DNA of 64,000 nt. Source: an uncultured Anaerolineales bacterium (lineage in GTDB: Bacteria; Chloroflexota; Anaerolineae; Anaerolineales; Villigracilaceae). Of this stretch, positions 18,614-28,276 are shown piece after piece. Numbering within the stretch: the first letter of the stretch is position 1; every line of letters begins with the position of its first letter. Below the pieces are notes generated by a model. It did not search any database, was not told the origin of the DNA, and saw only the letters and a program-made list of their open reading frames with translations. The position numbers were made by a program, and so were the translations under genes. The stretch covers positions 2,499,281 through 2,563,280 of the forward strand of contig OW818655.1 of the NCBI GenBank assembly GCA_942492975.1. Reading direction: 5' to 3'.

Positions 18614-19318
18614 CTACGTAGCTTTCTTTAAACTCAAATAATGATCGCGCAATTTTTTATCGAATTTTTCAATCGCATATCGCAAGGTGACACGCGGCAT
18701 GCTGGCGGCGTGTTGATCCAGAAATTGAGTTAATCGCATGCGGTCTTTATCACCTGCGAAACGCAGCGCCCAGCCATTGGCTTTGTGGACCAGATCCTCT
18801 GTGTCGTGGAGCATGATCTCTGCCAGTTTGAAGGCATCGTCCACATCGCCTTTGCGAATGAAGTAGAGCGTGCTGACGATGGCCGTGCGGCGCTCGGGCA
18901 TCTCTTTGGATTTCGTCAATTTATATAAAACCTTGCGCGGTTTCTCGAACTCGAACAAGTATCCGCCAACTACATAAATTGCACTGCGGTCAACCAGGTC
19001 CCAGGTGTTGATGCGGTCATGGCGGCGGAGGTAGAGATCGAAGAGTTCTTTGCGGCGTGCTTCCGTTATTTTTTTACTGCGCGCCTGAAAATCCATGATG
19101 CTGACTGCGCCGACCCGCATTTCGTGGAACGGACTTTCAAGCATTGTTTCGACTTCATCGAGCGGCATGTCCATGAACTCTTTCGCGAGCGCGAAGACCT
19201 GCCCCATGCGGACGCCGAGAATGGCATCCTCTTCATTCGATGCAAGATGATCGTGAGATTTGGCAACCGTGGGGGAACGCAGCGCCTTTAATCGTTTGAG
19301 GAATACGTCTGCATTCAT
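18614..19318 (-). CDS. DNA alkylation repair protein (AlkD-like HEAT-repeat family)
   Basis: Length and sequence resemble the 'DNA alkylation repair enzyme' family (..INTWDLVD.., ..NGWALR..). Confidence 0.75.
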   Translation of the reverse strand: MNADVFLKRLKALRSPTVAKSHDHLASNEEDAILGVRMGQVFALAKEFMDMPLDEVETMLESPFHEMRVGAVSIMDFQARSKKITEARRKELFDLYLRRHDRINTWDLVDRSAIYVVGGYLFEFEKPRKVLYKLTKSKEMPERRTAIVSTLYFIRKGDVDDAFKLAEIMLHDTEDLVHKANGWALRFAGDKDRMRLTQFLDQHAASMPRVTLRYAIEKFDKKLRDHYLSLKKAT

Positions 19319-19335
19319 GGCTGGTCAACTGTCAG

Positions 19336-19920
19336 CTAACGAACAGGCTCGTAGCGCTGATACACCACACCCGTAGGAAGAGGCGTGGCTTCGATCAACT
19401 TCAAGTTGACTCGCATCCCATCTGGAAATAATTTTTTACCGCTGCCCAACACGAGCGGATACACATGCAAGGCATACTCATCCACAAGATCATTTTCGAT
19501 CAGGGTGTGAGCCAGTACACTGCTGCCATCCAGAAGGATATTCAGGCCAGGTTGTTCTTTCAACTTGCGAATTTCTTCGACCACGTTCTTGCTGATGATG
19601 GTTGAATTTCGCCAAAGGGATGCGTCTTTCAAAGTGGTGGAGACAACGTATTTCTTTTTGCTTTTCATCACATCACCAAATGGGTCGCCTTCTGGCATGG
19701 GATCAAACGCGGCGCCGTGCCCCTGCCATGTGACCCGCCCCAGCAGCAACGCATCTGACTCGGTCATGGCTTGAAAGAAGTGATTGCCAATTTCATCGTG
19801 CCAGTAGGGATGCGTCCAGCCGCCGTGGACAAAACCAGCATCGGTATCTTCCTTTGAATCGCCAGGCGCTTGGATCACGCCATCCAGGGTAATGAACTCA
19901 GCAACAATAAGCTTTCTCAT
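19336..19920 (-). CDS. Dihydrofolate-reductase-like (RibD C-terminal domain) protein
   Basis: MRKLIVAEFITLDGVIQAPG N-terminus. Start trimmed to the ATG with SD AGGAG. Confidence 0.8.
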   Translation of the reverse strand: MRKLIVAEFITLDGVIQAPGDSKEDTDAGFVHGGWTHPYWHDEIGNHFFQAMTESDALLLGRVTWQGHGAAFDPMPEGDPFGDVMKSKKKYVVSTTLKDASLWRNSTIISKNVVEEIRKLKEQPGLNILLDGSSVLAHTLIENDLVDEYALHVYPLVLGSGKKLFPDGMRVNLKLIEATPLPTGVVYQRYEPVR

Positions 19921-20047
19921 GGTTTCTCCTTTTTCTGTACTACCAATAAAATTGATCCAGACGATCACATCTTTGCGTATGTGCAACCATTTGGTTTTTT
20001 GAATTTTTACATTTTAGATTATTTGTTCTATTGAGTCAATACGCAAT

Positions 20048-20082
20048 ATAAAACTCCCGCCATACATGTGACGGGAGTTTTA
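20048..20082 (-). terminator. Rho-independent terminator after DUF1905 gene
   Basis: aaaactcccg / cgggagtttt stem, with a T-run on the minus strand. Confidence 0.75.
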
Positions 20083-20104
20083 TATCTCTGTTGATTTTTT
20101 GGTC

Positions 20105-20389
20105 TCACTTCACTTCGAGCTGAATGACCACGCGATCACCCACTTTGAGATCTTCCGATTTTTGGACGCTCATGCGAATGGGCACAAGATAACGCCCCTC
20201 TTTAGGGAACAGGGACGTTTTCCATTCAGTTTCACCGATCTGCACGTGGACTGGGATGACTCCCCAGCCATAGGTAACGCTGGCGGAGATCGCTTTCAAA
20301 TTACGGCTTGGCTCTTCGGGGACAGCAACGAAGAGAAAGGGAGCGGGTCCGCGCCAATAAAAAATTTCACCTTCGAATTCGATGATCAT
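20105..20389 (-). CDS. DUF1905 domain protein
   Basis: MIIEFEGEIFYWRGPAPFLFVAVPEE is a typical DUF1905 sequence. Confidence 0.75.
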   Translation of the reverse strand: MIIEFEGEIFYWRGPAPFLFVAVPEEPSRNLKAISASVTYGWGVIPVHVQIGETEWKTSLFPKEGRYLVPIRMSVQKSEDLKVGDRVVIQLEVK

Positions 20390-20441
20390 TGGCTCAGTAT
20401 ACTAAATACTCAGCAATATACATTAACAGACGGGTTAGGCT

Positions 20442-21044
20442 TCATCGCAACATGTACACGTCTTCGTTAAAGATGATGTATGTGGCAGAGTATTTGGATT
20501 TCTCGAAAGTGAGTACCTTTTCAACTAGGCGCGCCTTTAGCGTAGGCTCGAGAACGTCACCCCATGAAACAGACTGTTCCTGAATCACCAAAACATCGGT
20601 GCCTTTGCGATAACGCCGCTCCTTCTCCACTATTGCGTCAAGGATTCTACGGAGCCTCTCTTCCATAATTTCGAGCATATCTCGTGCGGGAGTTGCATAG
20701 GAACCAGTGTCCCGCAGTTGGTGACGAACCAAGTATCCACCCTCTCGCTCTAACGAGATAGTCACTTGAACTCGGATGATGGATCCATCGCTAATCCGAA
20801 TCTCACCGTCGGGACCTTCGATTGCTAGAGGCGCGAGACGAAGCGCTTCAGCTTCAGGTAAATTTCGAGCCAGAAGAAGAAGCGGCCAAAACTCCTCAGG
20901 AATATCCTTGTTAATGCCGCGATCTCGCGAGTAAAAGCTGCGATCAGGATAGGTCTCGCGGTCATCGAAGAAGGATTGGACGATGATCTCCGCTGCATTG
21001 ACAGACATCCACTGTTCTAAATCACTGCGCTTAATCATCATCAT
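20442..21044 (-). CDS. Hypothetical protein (about 200 aa)
   Basis: Track ORF trimmed to the MMM start (AAGGA upstream). The 50-aa extension is encoded by a dispersed repeat element and overlaps the TPR gene. Confidence 0.55.
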   Translation of the reverse strand: MMMIKRSDLEQWMSVNAAEIIVQSFFDDRETYPDRSFYSRDRGINKDIPEEFWPLLLLARNLPEAEALRLAPLAIEGPDGEIRISDGSIIRVQVTISLEREGGYLVRHQLRDTGSYATPARDMLEIMEERLRRILDAIVEKERRYRKGTDVLVIQEQSVSWGDVLEPTLKARLVEKVLTFEKSKYSATYIIFNEDVYMLR

Positions 21045-21137
21045 TCCTTTGTAGCATAACGGTTTATGTTCTTGGACTGTGACACTGGCGCGGATTCCGC
21101 TTGGGAGCAGAAAAAACTCGAAGCCAGAAAAATACTC

Positions 21138-21181
21138 AAAAATGCCGCAGAATCCCCAGCGTCCAGTGCACGCTTTGTTAG
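21138..21181 (-). repeat. Conserved upstream element, copy A (AACAAAGCRTGCAC..GGGATTC..GCCATTTT family)
   Basis: About 36 of 45 positions are identical to 22306-22349. Both copies lie about 100-150 nt upstream of a minus-strand start codon. Confidence 0.6.
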
Positions 21182-21190
21182 CCTGCGTTT

Positions 21191-22189
21191 TCATGGAGTT
21201 GGAATTCCTTGACGTGCATTTTCTAACGCCATTTTACACCATTCATTTGCAGGGTCTTGTTTTATGCCTTGTTCGAGGGATGCAATGGCTAATTCAAAAT
21301 CTCCCGTTTTTGTATAGGTAATACCCTGAACGCAGAATGTGTATGATTTTTCAACCATTAAGTTATTGGATAAAGTAAGGGCTTTTTGATAATCAGCGAT
21401 TGCTTGATTAAATTCTTTCGTATCTGCAAATGCATTACCACGCCAAGTATAGAAGTCAGCATAATCTGGGTTGATTTCAATCGCTTTGTTCAAATCTAAA
21501 AAAGCAAGTTCATAATTCTTTTGAGTAGTATAAATCACGCCACGATAGCCGTAAGCCTTGCTGTAATTAGGGTCAATTTCAATCGTTTTAGTGTAATCGG
21601 CAATAGCCAAGTTGGTATTGCCATGTGCATCATAAACTAAACCACGAGTAAAGTATGCTACTTGTATATTGGGGTTTAGTTCAATTGCCTTATTAAGACT
21701 TTCGATTGCCATATCGGAGTTTTCAAAAGTTGAATACGCTAATCCTAGACAATAATAGGCACTCCAATATTTACTTGCTAATTCGAGTGCTTTGTTACAG
21801 TCAGAAATGGCTAAATCACTTTGTCCTTGTTGAATGTATGCAAAGCCCCGCGAAAAGTACGCCGAAACATAATTAGGTTCAATTTCAATTGTTTCGCTGC
21901 AATAAGAAATTGCTTGCTCAAATTGTTGCTGTGCATTTGCGGATTGACACTGATTGGCTATTGCTTTCAATTTGCTGTTTAATATTAGTGCTAGTCTGTA
22001 ACTAGCCATGCCCAATGCATTATTTTCTGCCGAATATTGAGCATTGCCAAATTCTATAAGGATACTTGAGAGGGGAGCACGCCACATATAAATCAAAAAC
22101 AATAAACCTGCGATTGTTGCAACAAAAATCGTTTTCCCCTTTGATAGAAGAAAGAAAGTCGATGATTTGGGATTGGATTCTTGATTCAT
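21191..22189 (-). CDS. TPR repeat protein with N-terminal TM anchor
   Basis: Seven or more 34-aa TPR units (..A..Y..AIE..P.Y..AY..RG..). AT-richer than the surroundings. Confidence 0.85.
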   Translation of the reverse strand: MNQESNPKSSTFFLLSKGKTIFVATIAGLLFLIYMWRAPLSSILIEFGNAQYSAENNALGMASYRLALILNSKLKAIANQCQSANAQQQFEQAISYCSETIEIEPNYVSAYFSRGFAYIQQGQSDLAISDCNKALELASKYWSAYYCLGLAYSTFENSDMAIESLNKAIELNPNIQVAYFTRGLVYDAHGNTNLAIADYTKTIEIDPNYSKAYGYRGVIYTTQKNYELAFLDLNKAIEINPDYADFYTWRGNAFADTKEFNQAIADYQKALTLSNNLMVEKSYTFCVQGITYTKTGDFELAIASLEQGIKQDPANEWCKMALENARQGIPTP

Positions 22190-22305
22190 ATTCTGTTTAT
22201 TTGACCCTAATATGCTAGCAGGCTAATGGTTTGCGTTACTTGCGGGTGGGCGGGCGGAGATAAAACTCCAAGAGCAGGATTCTGTTCGGGTGTAGATAAA
22301 GCCTG

Positions 22306-22349
22306 AAAATGGCGACGAATCCCACCCGTCAAGTGCATGCTTTGTTGGG
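22306..22349 (-). repeat. Conserved upstream element, copy B
   Basis: See copy A. Lies in the 182-nt spacer between the PD40 and TPR genes. Confidence 0.6.
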
Positions 22350-22371
22350 CGGTTTGGGCATTATTAGTAGG

Positions 22372-23289
22372 TCAAGGTGCCCAAACTGGTGACATATCAT
22401 TGTAGGTGTTATTTGTTAATCGAATTTGGTTTTGACCATTTATGTCAACAATAAATATTTCATTGTCGCCATCGTTGGTAGATACGTACACAAGCCAATT
22501 TCCATCTGGTGACCATGATTGAGAAAACTCATTTGTTGAATTTGCAGTAACAGGTTTTGGGTCACTTCCATCTGATTTCATGATGTAAATATCCCAATCT
22601 CCACCATCGCGGTCTGTCTCAAACGAGATTGTCTTTCCATCTGGTGACCACCGAGGTCTACCATCATATCCTTTATTGTCTGTGAGTTTTTGAAGATTAG
22701 AACCGTCTTTATTCATTACATAAATCTCGCTATCTCCATCACGATCAGACGCAAATGCTATTTTTTCTCCATCTGGTGACCAAGCAGGTACCCATTCGGA
22801 ATCAGGAGTTTTAGTGAGATTTACGAGGTTTTTTCCATCGTTTGACATTGTGTAAATATCGAAATTGCAATTTGATTGCGAAATCTTGCAATTTTCTGTA
22901 AATGAAGCCGTAATAAATTTTCCGTCTGGTGACCAGTCAGGATAATCAATTGCTGTATCTTTCTTATTCATTACTTCTTTTAGATTATCTCCGAACATAT
23001 CTATTGTATAGAGTCCCCATCCATTATTTTTGTCAGAAATAAAGCCAACTTGATTTATGGCTGAAACGTAAGTCGGTGAAACATCATTTGCCGAGTTGTT
23101 GGTTAGCCGAAATATATTTTTGCTACTAATTTCAATCATGAGAATTTCAAAATTTCCTAATTCATCAGATTGATAAATGATTTTTCCTGAAGGGTAGGAC
23201 TGCGATGATTTAGGTAATGATTGAGAACATGCAAGACTTAAAATAATCAGAAATAATGCCATTAATTTTGGGTAACTTCTTTTTTGCAT
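22372..23289 (-). CDS. PD40/WD40-like beta-propeller (TolB-like) lipoprotein
   Basis: Repeated ..P.WSPDG..I.F.SDRDG..EIY.. units and a lipobox LSLAC. Start trimmed to MQKRSYPKL with SD GGAG. Confidence 0.85.
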   Translation of the reverse strand: MQKRSYPKLMALFLIILSLACSQSLPKSSQSYPSGKIIYQSDELGNFEILMIEISSKNIFRLTNNSANDVSPTYVSAINQVGFISDKNNGWGLYTIDMFGDNLKEVMNKKDTAIDYPDWSPDGKFITASFTENCKISQSNCNFDIYTMSNDGKNLVNLTKTPDSEWVPAWSPDGEKIAFASDRDGDSEIYVMNKDGSNLQKLTDNKGYDGRPRWSPDGKTISFETDRDGGDWDIYIMKSDGSDPKPVTANSTNEFSQSWSPDGNWLVYVSTNDGDNEIFIVDINGQNQIRLTNNTYNDMSPVWAP

Positions 23290-23442
23290 ATTTTGCTCCA
23301 AATTATTGCGGGATATTAAACCGCCCAACTATTGTTTACACGGAGTTATTTCTTAAAATCCCCTGTGCGGAATGTTATACAGAATTATTCTGTATAACTG
23401 ACTATGTGTCCTAAATTATAAGCCACGTTTACGCCAATGCAA

Positions 23443-23480
23443 CAAAAAAGCCCTCCCGTCATTCACTGACGAGAGGGCTT
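23443..23480 (-). terminator. Rho-independent terminator of lipA
   Basis: aagccctctcgtc-agtgaat-gacgggagggctt followed by TTTTTT on the minus strand. Confidence 0.8.
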
Positions 23481-23514
23481 CACTATTCACTTTTCACTAT
23501 TCACTATTCACTTA
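23480..23514. repeat. Tandem heptamer TCACTAT x5 straddling the lipA stop codon
   Basis: Read directly: tcactat tcacttt tcactat tcactat tcactta. Confidence 0.8.
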
Positions 23515-24448
23515 CTTTTTCCCCATACAACTTGCGATGCACCACGCTCAACGCGCGCACTTGTTCTGCCGCGTGATACGAAGACCGGACCAGCGGATTC
23601 GACTCAACCCACTTGAAACCGATCTCCATGCCAAAGGCTTTCAGTTCGGCGAATTCTTCCATTGTGTAATAACGTTCCATGGCAAGGTGTTTCTTGCTGG
23701 GCTGCAAATACTGGCCGATGGTCAGAATGTCTACGCCCCAGGAGCGCTGATCGCGCATCACTTGTTTTACTTCGTCCATGGTTTCGCCAAGGCCGAGCAT
23801 GATGCCGCTCTTGGTCAGCACTTCGGGGTCGAGCTTCTTCGCATTGGACAAGGTCGCCGCAGCCCATTCGTAATTATCCTGCGGCTGCACGGTCTTGAAT
23901 AAACGCGGCACGGTTTCCACATTGTGATTCAAAATTTCAGGGCGTGCGTCCATGACGATCTTCAAGGCTTCGATACTGCCTTTGAAATCAGGGATCAATA
24001 CTTCAATGGAACAGCCATGCGTCAATTCGCGGATGCGGCGAATGACCATTGCGAAGATCGGCGCGCCGCCATCACGGCGTTCATCGCGGTTCACAGAAGT
24101 GATGACCGCGTGTTTCAAGTCCATTGATTTCACAGCCTGCGCCACGCGTTCGGCTTCGCCCCAATCCATCAGTGCGGGCTTGCCGTGTTTGATATCGCAG
24201 AACGCGCAGGTACGTGTGCACACGTCCCCGAGCATGAGGAAGGTGGCCGTGCCGCTGCCCCAGCACTCGCCGAGGTTCGGACACATGGCTTCTTCGCACA
24301 CAGTGTGCAATTCTTTTGAACGCATCAACACTTGCAGGCGTTCGAAGGTTTCACCCGAAGGCGCGCGCACTTTGATCCAATCTGGGCGGCGCAATGGGCG
24401 CGAATCTGTTTCGGGTTTAACTCTGTCTCTCGTAGGGGTAGCAGCCAT
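23504..24448 (-). CDS. lipA: Lipoyl synthase
   Basis: Radical-SAM CTRTCAFC and the auxiliary cluster [12 protein letters not shown]. Confidence 0.95.
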   Translation of the reverse strand: MAATPTRDRVKPETDSRPLRRPDWIKVRAPSGETFERLQVLMRSKELHTVCEEAMCPNLGECWGSGTATFLMLGDVCTRTCAFCDIKHGKPALMDWGEAERVAQAVKSMDLKHAVITSVNRDERRDGGAPIFAMVIRRIRELTHGCSIEVLIPDFKGSIEALKIVMDARPEILNHNVETVPRLFKTVQPQDNYEWAAATLSNAKKLDPEVLTKSGIMLGLGETMDEVKQVMRDQRSWGVDILTIGQYLQPSKKHLAMERYYTMEEFAELKAFGMEIGFKWVESNPLVRSSYHAAEQVRALSVVHRKLYGEKVSE

Positions 24449-24467
24449 AAGGTCCTCTTTTGATGCG

Positions 24468-25772
24468 TTACTTTTTCTTAACGATTAAACGTAATCCTCG
24501 TACTTCGACAACTTCGATGAAATCACCCTTACGGATAGGTTCCGAGTCTGCGGCTTTTTCTGCGCTCCACAGCTCACTCTCCACCTGAACCTGGCCCGCT
24601 TCATGGCTGAACATTTTAGCTGTTCCTGTTTTCCCAACCAGTGACTCCGCCCCAACTTCTATCGGACGGTGCTGCGCGCGCAGGGCGATCATCAGAATTC
24701 CAAAGGAGATCGCGCCCAGGAAAATGCCCATGCCGATCACCAGCGGAACAGACACGCGCTGGAATTGCGGCGTGCCCGGTGAGTTGAACAACACCAGCGC
24801 GCCCACGATAAAGGATGCAACGCCCGCGGTGGTCAACGCGCCATGTGTGGGCGCTTTGATATCCAGAATAAATAATACGAACGCAATGATCAGGAAGAGC
24901 AGACCAAACCAGTTGATCGACAGAACGCCCATGCCATACACCGCCAGCGTCAAACAGACCGCGCCGATGAAACCCGCCACCCAGCCGCCCGGTGAAGAAA
25001 TTTCAATGAGAATGGCCTGCACACCAATGGCAAGTAAAAGGAACGCAATGTTCGGGTCGGTGAGCAACAACAGCAATTGTTCAATGAAACTGATTTCCAA
25101 ACTTTGTGTCTGAATATCCACAGTGTTGAGTGTGCGGTCGCCAGCATCCATCTTCACGGTAAACCCGTTCAGTGATTGCAGCAGGTCTTCAGTATCGTCT
25201 GAAATAAAATCGATCAGTTTTGCGTCGAGCGCCTCTTTGGCAGTGACCGCTTTCGCGTCATCGATCATCGCTTCCGCAAGCTGTGTGGCCTGCGTGCCGC
25301 GATCTTCCACCAAAGAACGTGCGCGCGCTTTGAGAATTTCCTTAACCTTCTTCTCCAACGTGGACTGAATGTCCGAACCGTTCGAGTCGATCGGGCTGGC
25401 CGCGCCAATCGCGGTCTTGGGAGCCATCGCAGAAGCATGCCCCGCCATCGTGATCAACGCGCCCGCGCTGCCCGCGATCGCATCATTGGGTGAAACATAC
25501 ACCACCACAGGCACTTCGCTGGCGCGCATCGCCTGGATGATCTCCAGCATGGTTTCCACACTTCCGCCGGGCGTGTTCAATTGAATAATGAGCACTTCGG
25601 CGTTGCGCTGTTCGGCGGTCTTTACGCCACGCTCAAAATATTCCAGCATGGGTGGCATGATCGGTCCATTGGCGGTCATCACAATGGCAAGTGGTTTTTC
25701 ACCTTGCGCGAAGACAGTTTGAAATGCCGCGAGCAGGATCAAAAGTAAGAAGGTAATGCGGGTAAGTTTCAT
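24468..25772 (-). CDS. NfeD family membrane-bound ClpP-class serine protease
   Basis: Signal peptide, ClpP-like N-domain (LNTPGGSV...SAGALI), TM block, C-terminal OB-like NfeD domain. Confidence 0.85.
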   Translation of the reverse strand: MKLTRITFLLLILLAAFQTVFAQGEKPLAIVMTANGPIMPPMLEYFERGVKTAEQRNAEVLIIQLNTPGGSVETMLEIIQAMRASEVPVVVYVSPNDAIAGSAGALITMAGHASAMAPKTAIGAASPIDSNGSDIQSTLEKKVKEILKARARSLVEDRGTQATQLAEAMIDDAKAVTAKEALDAKLIDFISDDTEDLLQSLNGFTVKMDAGDRTLNTVDIQTQSLEISFIEQLLLLLTDPNIAFLLLAIGVQAILIEISSPGGWVAGFIGAVCLTLAVYGMGVLSINWFGLLFLIIAFVLFILDIKAPTHGALTTAGVASFIVGALVLFNSPGTPQFQRVSVPLVIGMGIFLGAISFGILMIALRAQHRPIEVGAESLVGKTGTAKMFSHEAGQVQVESELWSAEKAADSEPIRKGDFIEVVEVRGLRLIVKKK

Positions 25773-25819
25773 ATTTGTTTCCAGTGTTGCCGATTATTAT
25801 AATGGTTAAGGAGGAACTT

Positions 25820-26518
25820 ATGACCGACACTAAGCAAACCTTCACGTTACGTCTTATCGTTCAATTACTGCTGGTCATTTTTGCCGCGCCGTTCATCCCG
25901 ATGATCATTTCACATCAATGGGGTTGGTGGCAGGCCTGGGCGTATGCCATTGCCAGTATGCTGGCTTTCATCATCAGCCGCATCATCGTCAATCGCATCC
26001 ATCCAGATCTGATCAAGGAACGCGTCCGCTTCATGCAGGCCGAAGACACGAAACCCTGGGATAAAGTCCTCGCGCCCCTGCTTGGCATTGGCTCCATTCT
26101 GATTCTAGTCGTTGCAGGGTTGGATAAATATTACCTGTGGACTCGCGCTTCCAACTTAACCGTCAACCTGATTGCGCTGACAGGCATTGTCCTCGGCTAC
26201 GGCTTCTCCTCCTGGGCGCTGATCGAGAATCGATTCTTCTCAGGCACCGTCCGCATTCAAACCGAACGCGGACATCATGTGATCGTCACAGGTCCATACA
26301 AAATTATGCGTCACCCCGGCTACGCAGGCGGCCTGCTCGGGTACATTTGCATTCCCCTCTTACTGGATTCGCTCTGGGCGTTCATTCCCGCCATTTTATT
26401 AATGGTCGTTATGATCGTCCGCACAGCATTGGAAGATAAAACCCTGCAGGCAGAACTCCCCGGCTACAAAGAGTATGCACAAAAAACACGCTACCGTCTC
26501 TTCCCCGGGGTTTGGTAA
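25820..26518 (+). CDS. Isoprenylcysteine carboxyl methyltransferase (ICMT/PEMT-like) family membrane protein
   Basis: C-terminal VTGPYKIMRHPGYAGGLL...EDK.L...YKEY motif. Start at the ATG after AAGGAGGA. Confidence 0.75.
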   Translation: MTDTKQTFTLRLIVQLLLVIFAAPFIPMIISHQWGWWQAWAYAIASMLAFIISRIIVNRIHPDLIKERVRFMQAEDTKPWDKVLAPLLGIGSILILVVAGLDKYYLWTRASNLTVNLIALTGIVLGYGFSSWALIENRFFSGTVRIQTERGHHVIVTGPYKIMRHPGYAGGLLGYICIPLLLDSLWAFIPAILLMVVMIVRTALEDKTLQAELPGYKEYAQKTRYRLFPGVW

Positions 26519-26537
26519 TTCTTCGAGATAGGAAAAC

Positions 26538-26572
26538 AAAAAAGTCTGGCGTAGAGTACGCCAGACTTTTTA
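26538..26572. terminator. Bidirectional terminator between ICMT-like gene and pstB
   Basis: aaaagtctggcg-tagagta-cgccagactttt. Confidence 0.85.
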
Positions 26573-26578
26573 TTTATT

Positions 26579-27334
26579 TTAGAACAACCCTTCAAGATAT
26601 TGCCTTGTGCGTTCATGCTTGGGATTCGTAAATACTTCCTTGGCAGGTCCCGCTTCGATGACTTCACCGAGATACATGTAGATGACATAGTCCGCGAGGC
26701 GTTTGGCCTGACGCAAGGTATGCGTCACGATCACAGTTGTATATTGCTTCTTAAGATCGAGCAAACGGCTTTCAATGTTTTGCGATGAGATCGGGTCGAG
26801 TGCAGAGGTCGGTTCGTCGCCGAGGATAATTTCGGGTTCAACGGCCAGGCCGCGGGCAAGGCAGAGGCGCTGCTGTTGTCCAATGGAGAGACTGGTGGCG
26901 GGTTCATGCAATCGTTTTTGCACTTCCTCCCACAGACCTGCAACTTCAAGATAATAGCGTACTGCGGCTTTATATTCCTTGCGGTCTTTCTTCATCTTGT
27001 GAATGTGCATGCCGTAGGCAATGTTGTCGTAAATGGACATGGGCAATGGCGAGGGGCGTTGTGCCAGCAGGCCAACCGCCTTGCGCACTTCGGTCACGTC
27101 CACATCTGCATCGTAAATATTTTTTCCGTCCACGAGCACTTCGCCCGTGATCTGTGCGCCATCCAGTAATTCAAGAAAACGGTTAAAGGTTTTCAAGAGT
27201 GTGGTCTTGCCGCATCCCGAAGGCCCCATGATGACGGTGATCTGATTCTTGGGGATCTCGATGTTGATGTCTTTCAAGGCATGCTGTTTACCATAATAGA
27301 CATTGAGATTTTTTACTTGAATATGTGAGTCCAT
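26579..27334 (-). CDS. pstB: Phosphate ABC transporter ATP-binding protein
   Basis: GPSGCGKTT Walker A, LSIGQQQRL signature, PstB-type N-terminus. Confidence 0.95.
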   Translation of the reverse strand: MDSHIQVKNLNVYYGKQHALKDINIEIPKNQITVIMGPSGCGKTTLLKTFNRFLELLDGAQITGEVLVDGKNIYDADVDVTEVRKAVGLLAQRPSPLPMSIYDNIAYGMHIHKMKKDRKEYKAAVRYYLEVAGLWEEVQKRLHEPATSLSIGQQQRLCLARGLAVEPEIILGDEPTSALDPISSQNIESRLLDLKKQYTTVIVTHTLRQAKRLADYVIYMYLGEVIEAGPAKEVFTNPKHERTRQYLEGLF

Positions 27335-27388
27335 ATTTGCTCCTATGTCATTGCGAGGAAGGTGTTCTTGCGGCTCGCAATAACATGA

Positions 27389-28276
27389 CTACTTGACTGA
27401 ATATCTATTCAACCTTGAAGACAGCCAGCGTGAGCCGAGGCTGACCACAAGAACAATGATCGTTAATATCAACGCAGCTGCATACCCGCGTTGCTGTACT
27501 TCAGGGTAGGGAGAGCCAAGTTGAAAAAACACAGCCAGCGGCAATGACGCAGTTGGGCGCATCAACGAAGTGGGGATGCGGTCTGTGTACCCTGCGGTAA
27601 ATAGAACAGAAGCCGCGTCTCCAATGCCGCGCCCGAAAGCCAGCAAAATGGCAGTCACAATGCCAGGCAGCATTTGCCGCGTAACCACGTGCAGAGCAAC
27701 TTCAAATTTTGTGGAGCCCAATGCAAATGCCGCAAGTTCCAAATCCACGGGCATGCGGCGGATGACTTCGTCCATGGCGCGGGTCATGATTGGGAGTTCG
27801 ATCAAGGCGAGGACAATGATGCCTGCCAGCAAGGAAGCACGCATGCCAAAAATGATCATCAACGAAAAACCGAACGCGCCATACACCACGGAGGGGATGC
27901 CCCACAAAATATCCAAAGAAAGGCGCACGTAATCACCCCAGGCTGAATCGCCGAGATAGGCTTTGAGATACAGCGCGATCGGCAGGCTGATCACGATGGC
28001 GAGCAAGGTTCCGCCCGCCGCCAGATAGGCCGAGCCAATGATGGCGTTGAGAATGCCGCCGTCTTTGCCCATGTAATATCCGCCCTGGGGAACTTGTGAA
28101 ACCATCTCCCATGAAAGGGCGGGCAGGCCGCGCGAGATGATGGTCCACAGGATGAGGCCCAACGCGCCTGTCACGATCACCAACGCGATACGCATGATGG
28201 TCTTCATGAACAACTCAACCAGATGCCGTCTTTGGAAATATTTTTTCTTCATCTTCATGTTCATGTTTATGCCCAT
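27389..28276 (-). CDS. pstA: Phosphate ABC transporter permease PstA
   Basis: Permease with an EAA-like loop. Position in the pst operon. The start among several ATGs is uncertain. Confidence 0.88.
   Translation of the reverse strand: MGINMNMKMKKKYFQRRHLVELFMKTIMRIALVIVTGALGLILWTIISRGLPALSWEMVSQVPQGGYYMGKDGGILNAIIGSAYLAAGGTLLAIVISLPIALYLKAYLGDSAWGDYVRLSLDILWGIPSVVYGAFGFSLMIIFGMRASLLAGIIVLALIELPIMTRAMDEVIRRMPVDLELAAFALGSTKFEVALHVVTRQMLPGIVTAILLAFGRGIGDAASVLFTAGYTDRIPTSLMRPTASLPLAVFFQLGSPYPEVQQRGYAAALILTIIVLVVSLGSRWLSSRLNRYSVK

Noticed and set aside
21045-21194. 50-aa N-terminal extension (MKTQANKACTGRWGFCGIF...) of the hypothetical gene, overlapping the TPR gene.
   Set aside because: The sequence is a copy of the dispersed upstream element also found non-coding at 22306-22349. 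An internal ATG triplet with AAGGA is a better start.
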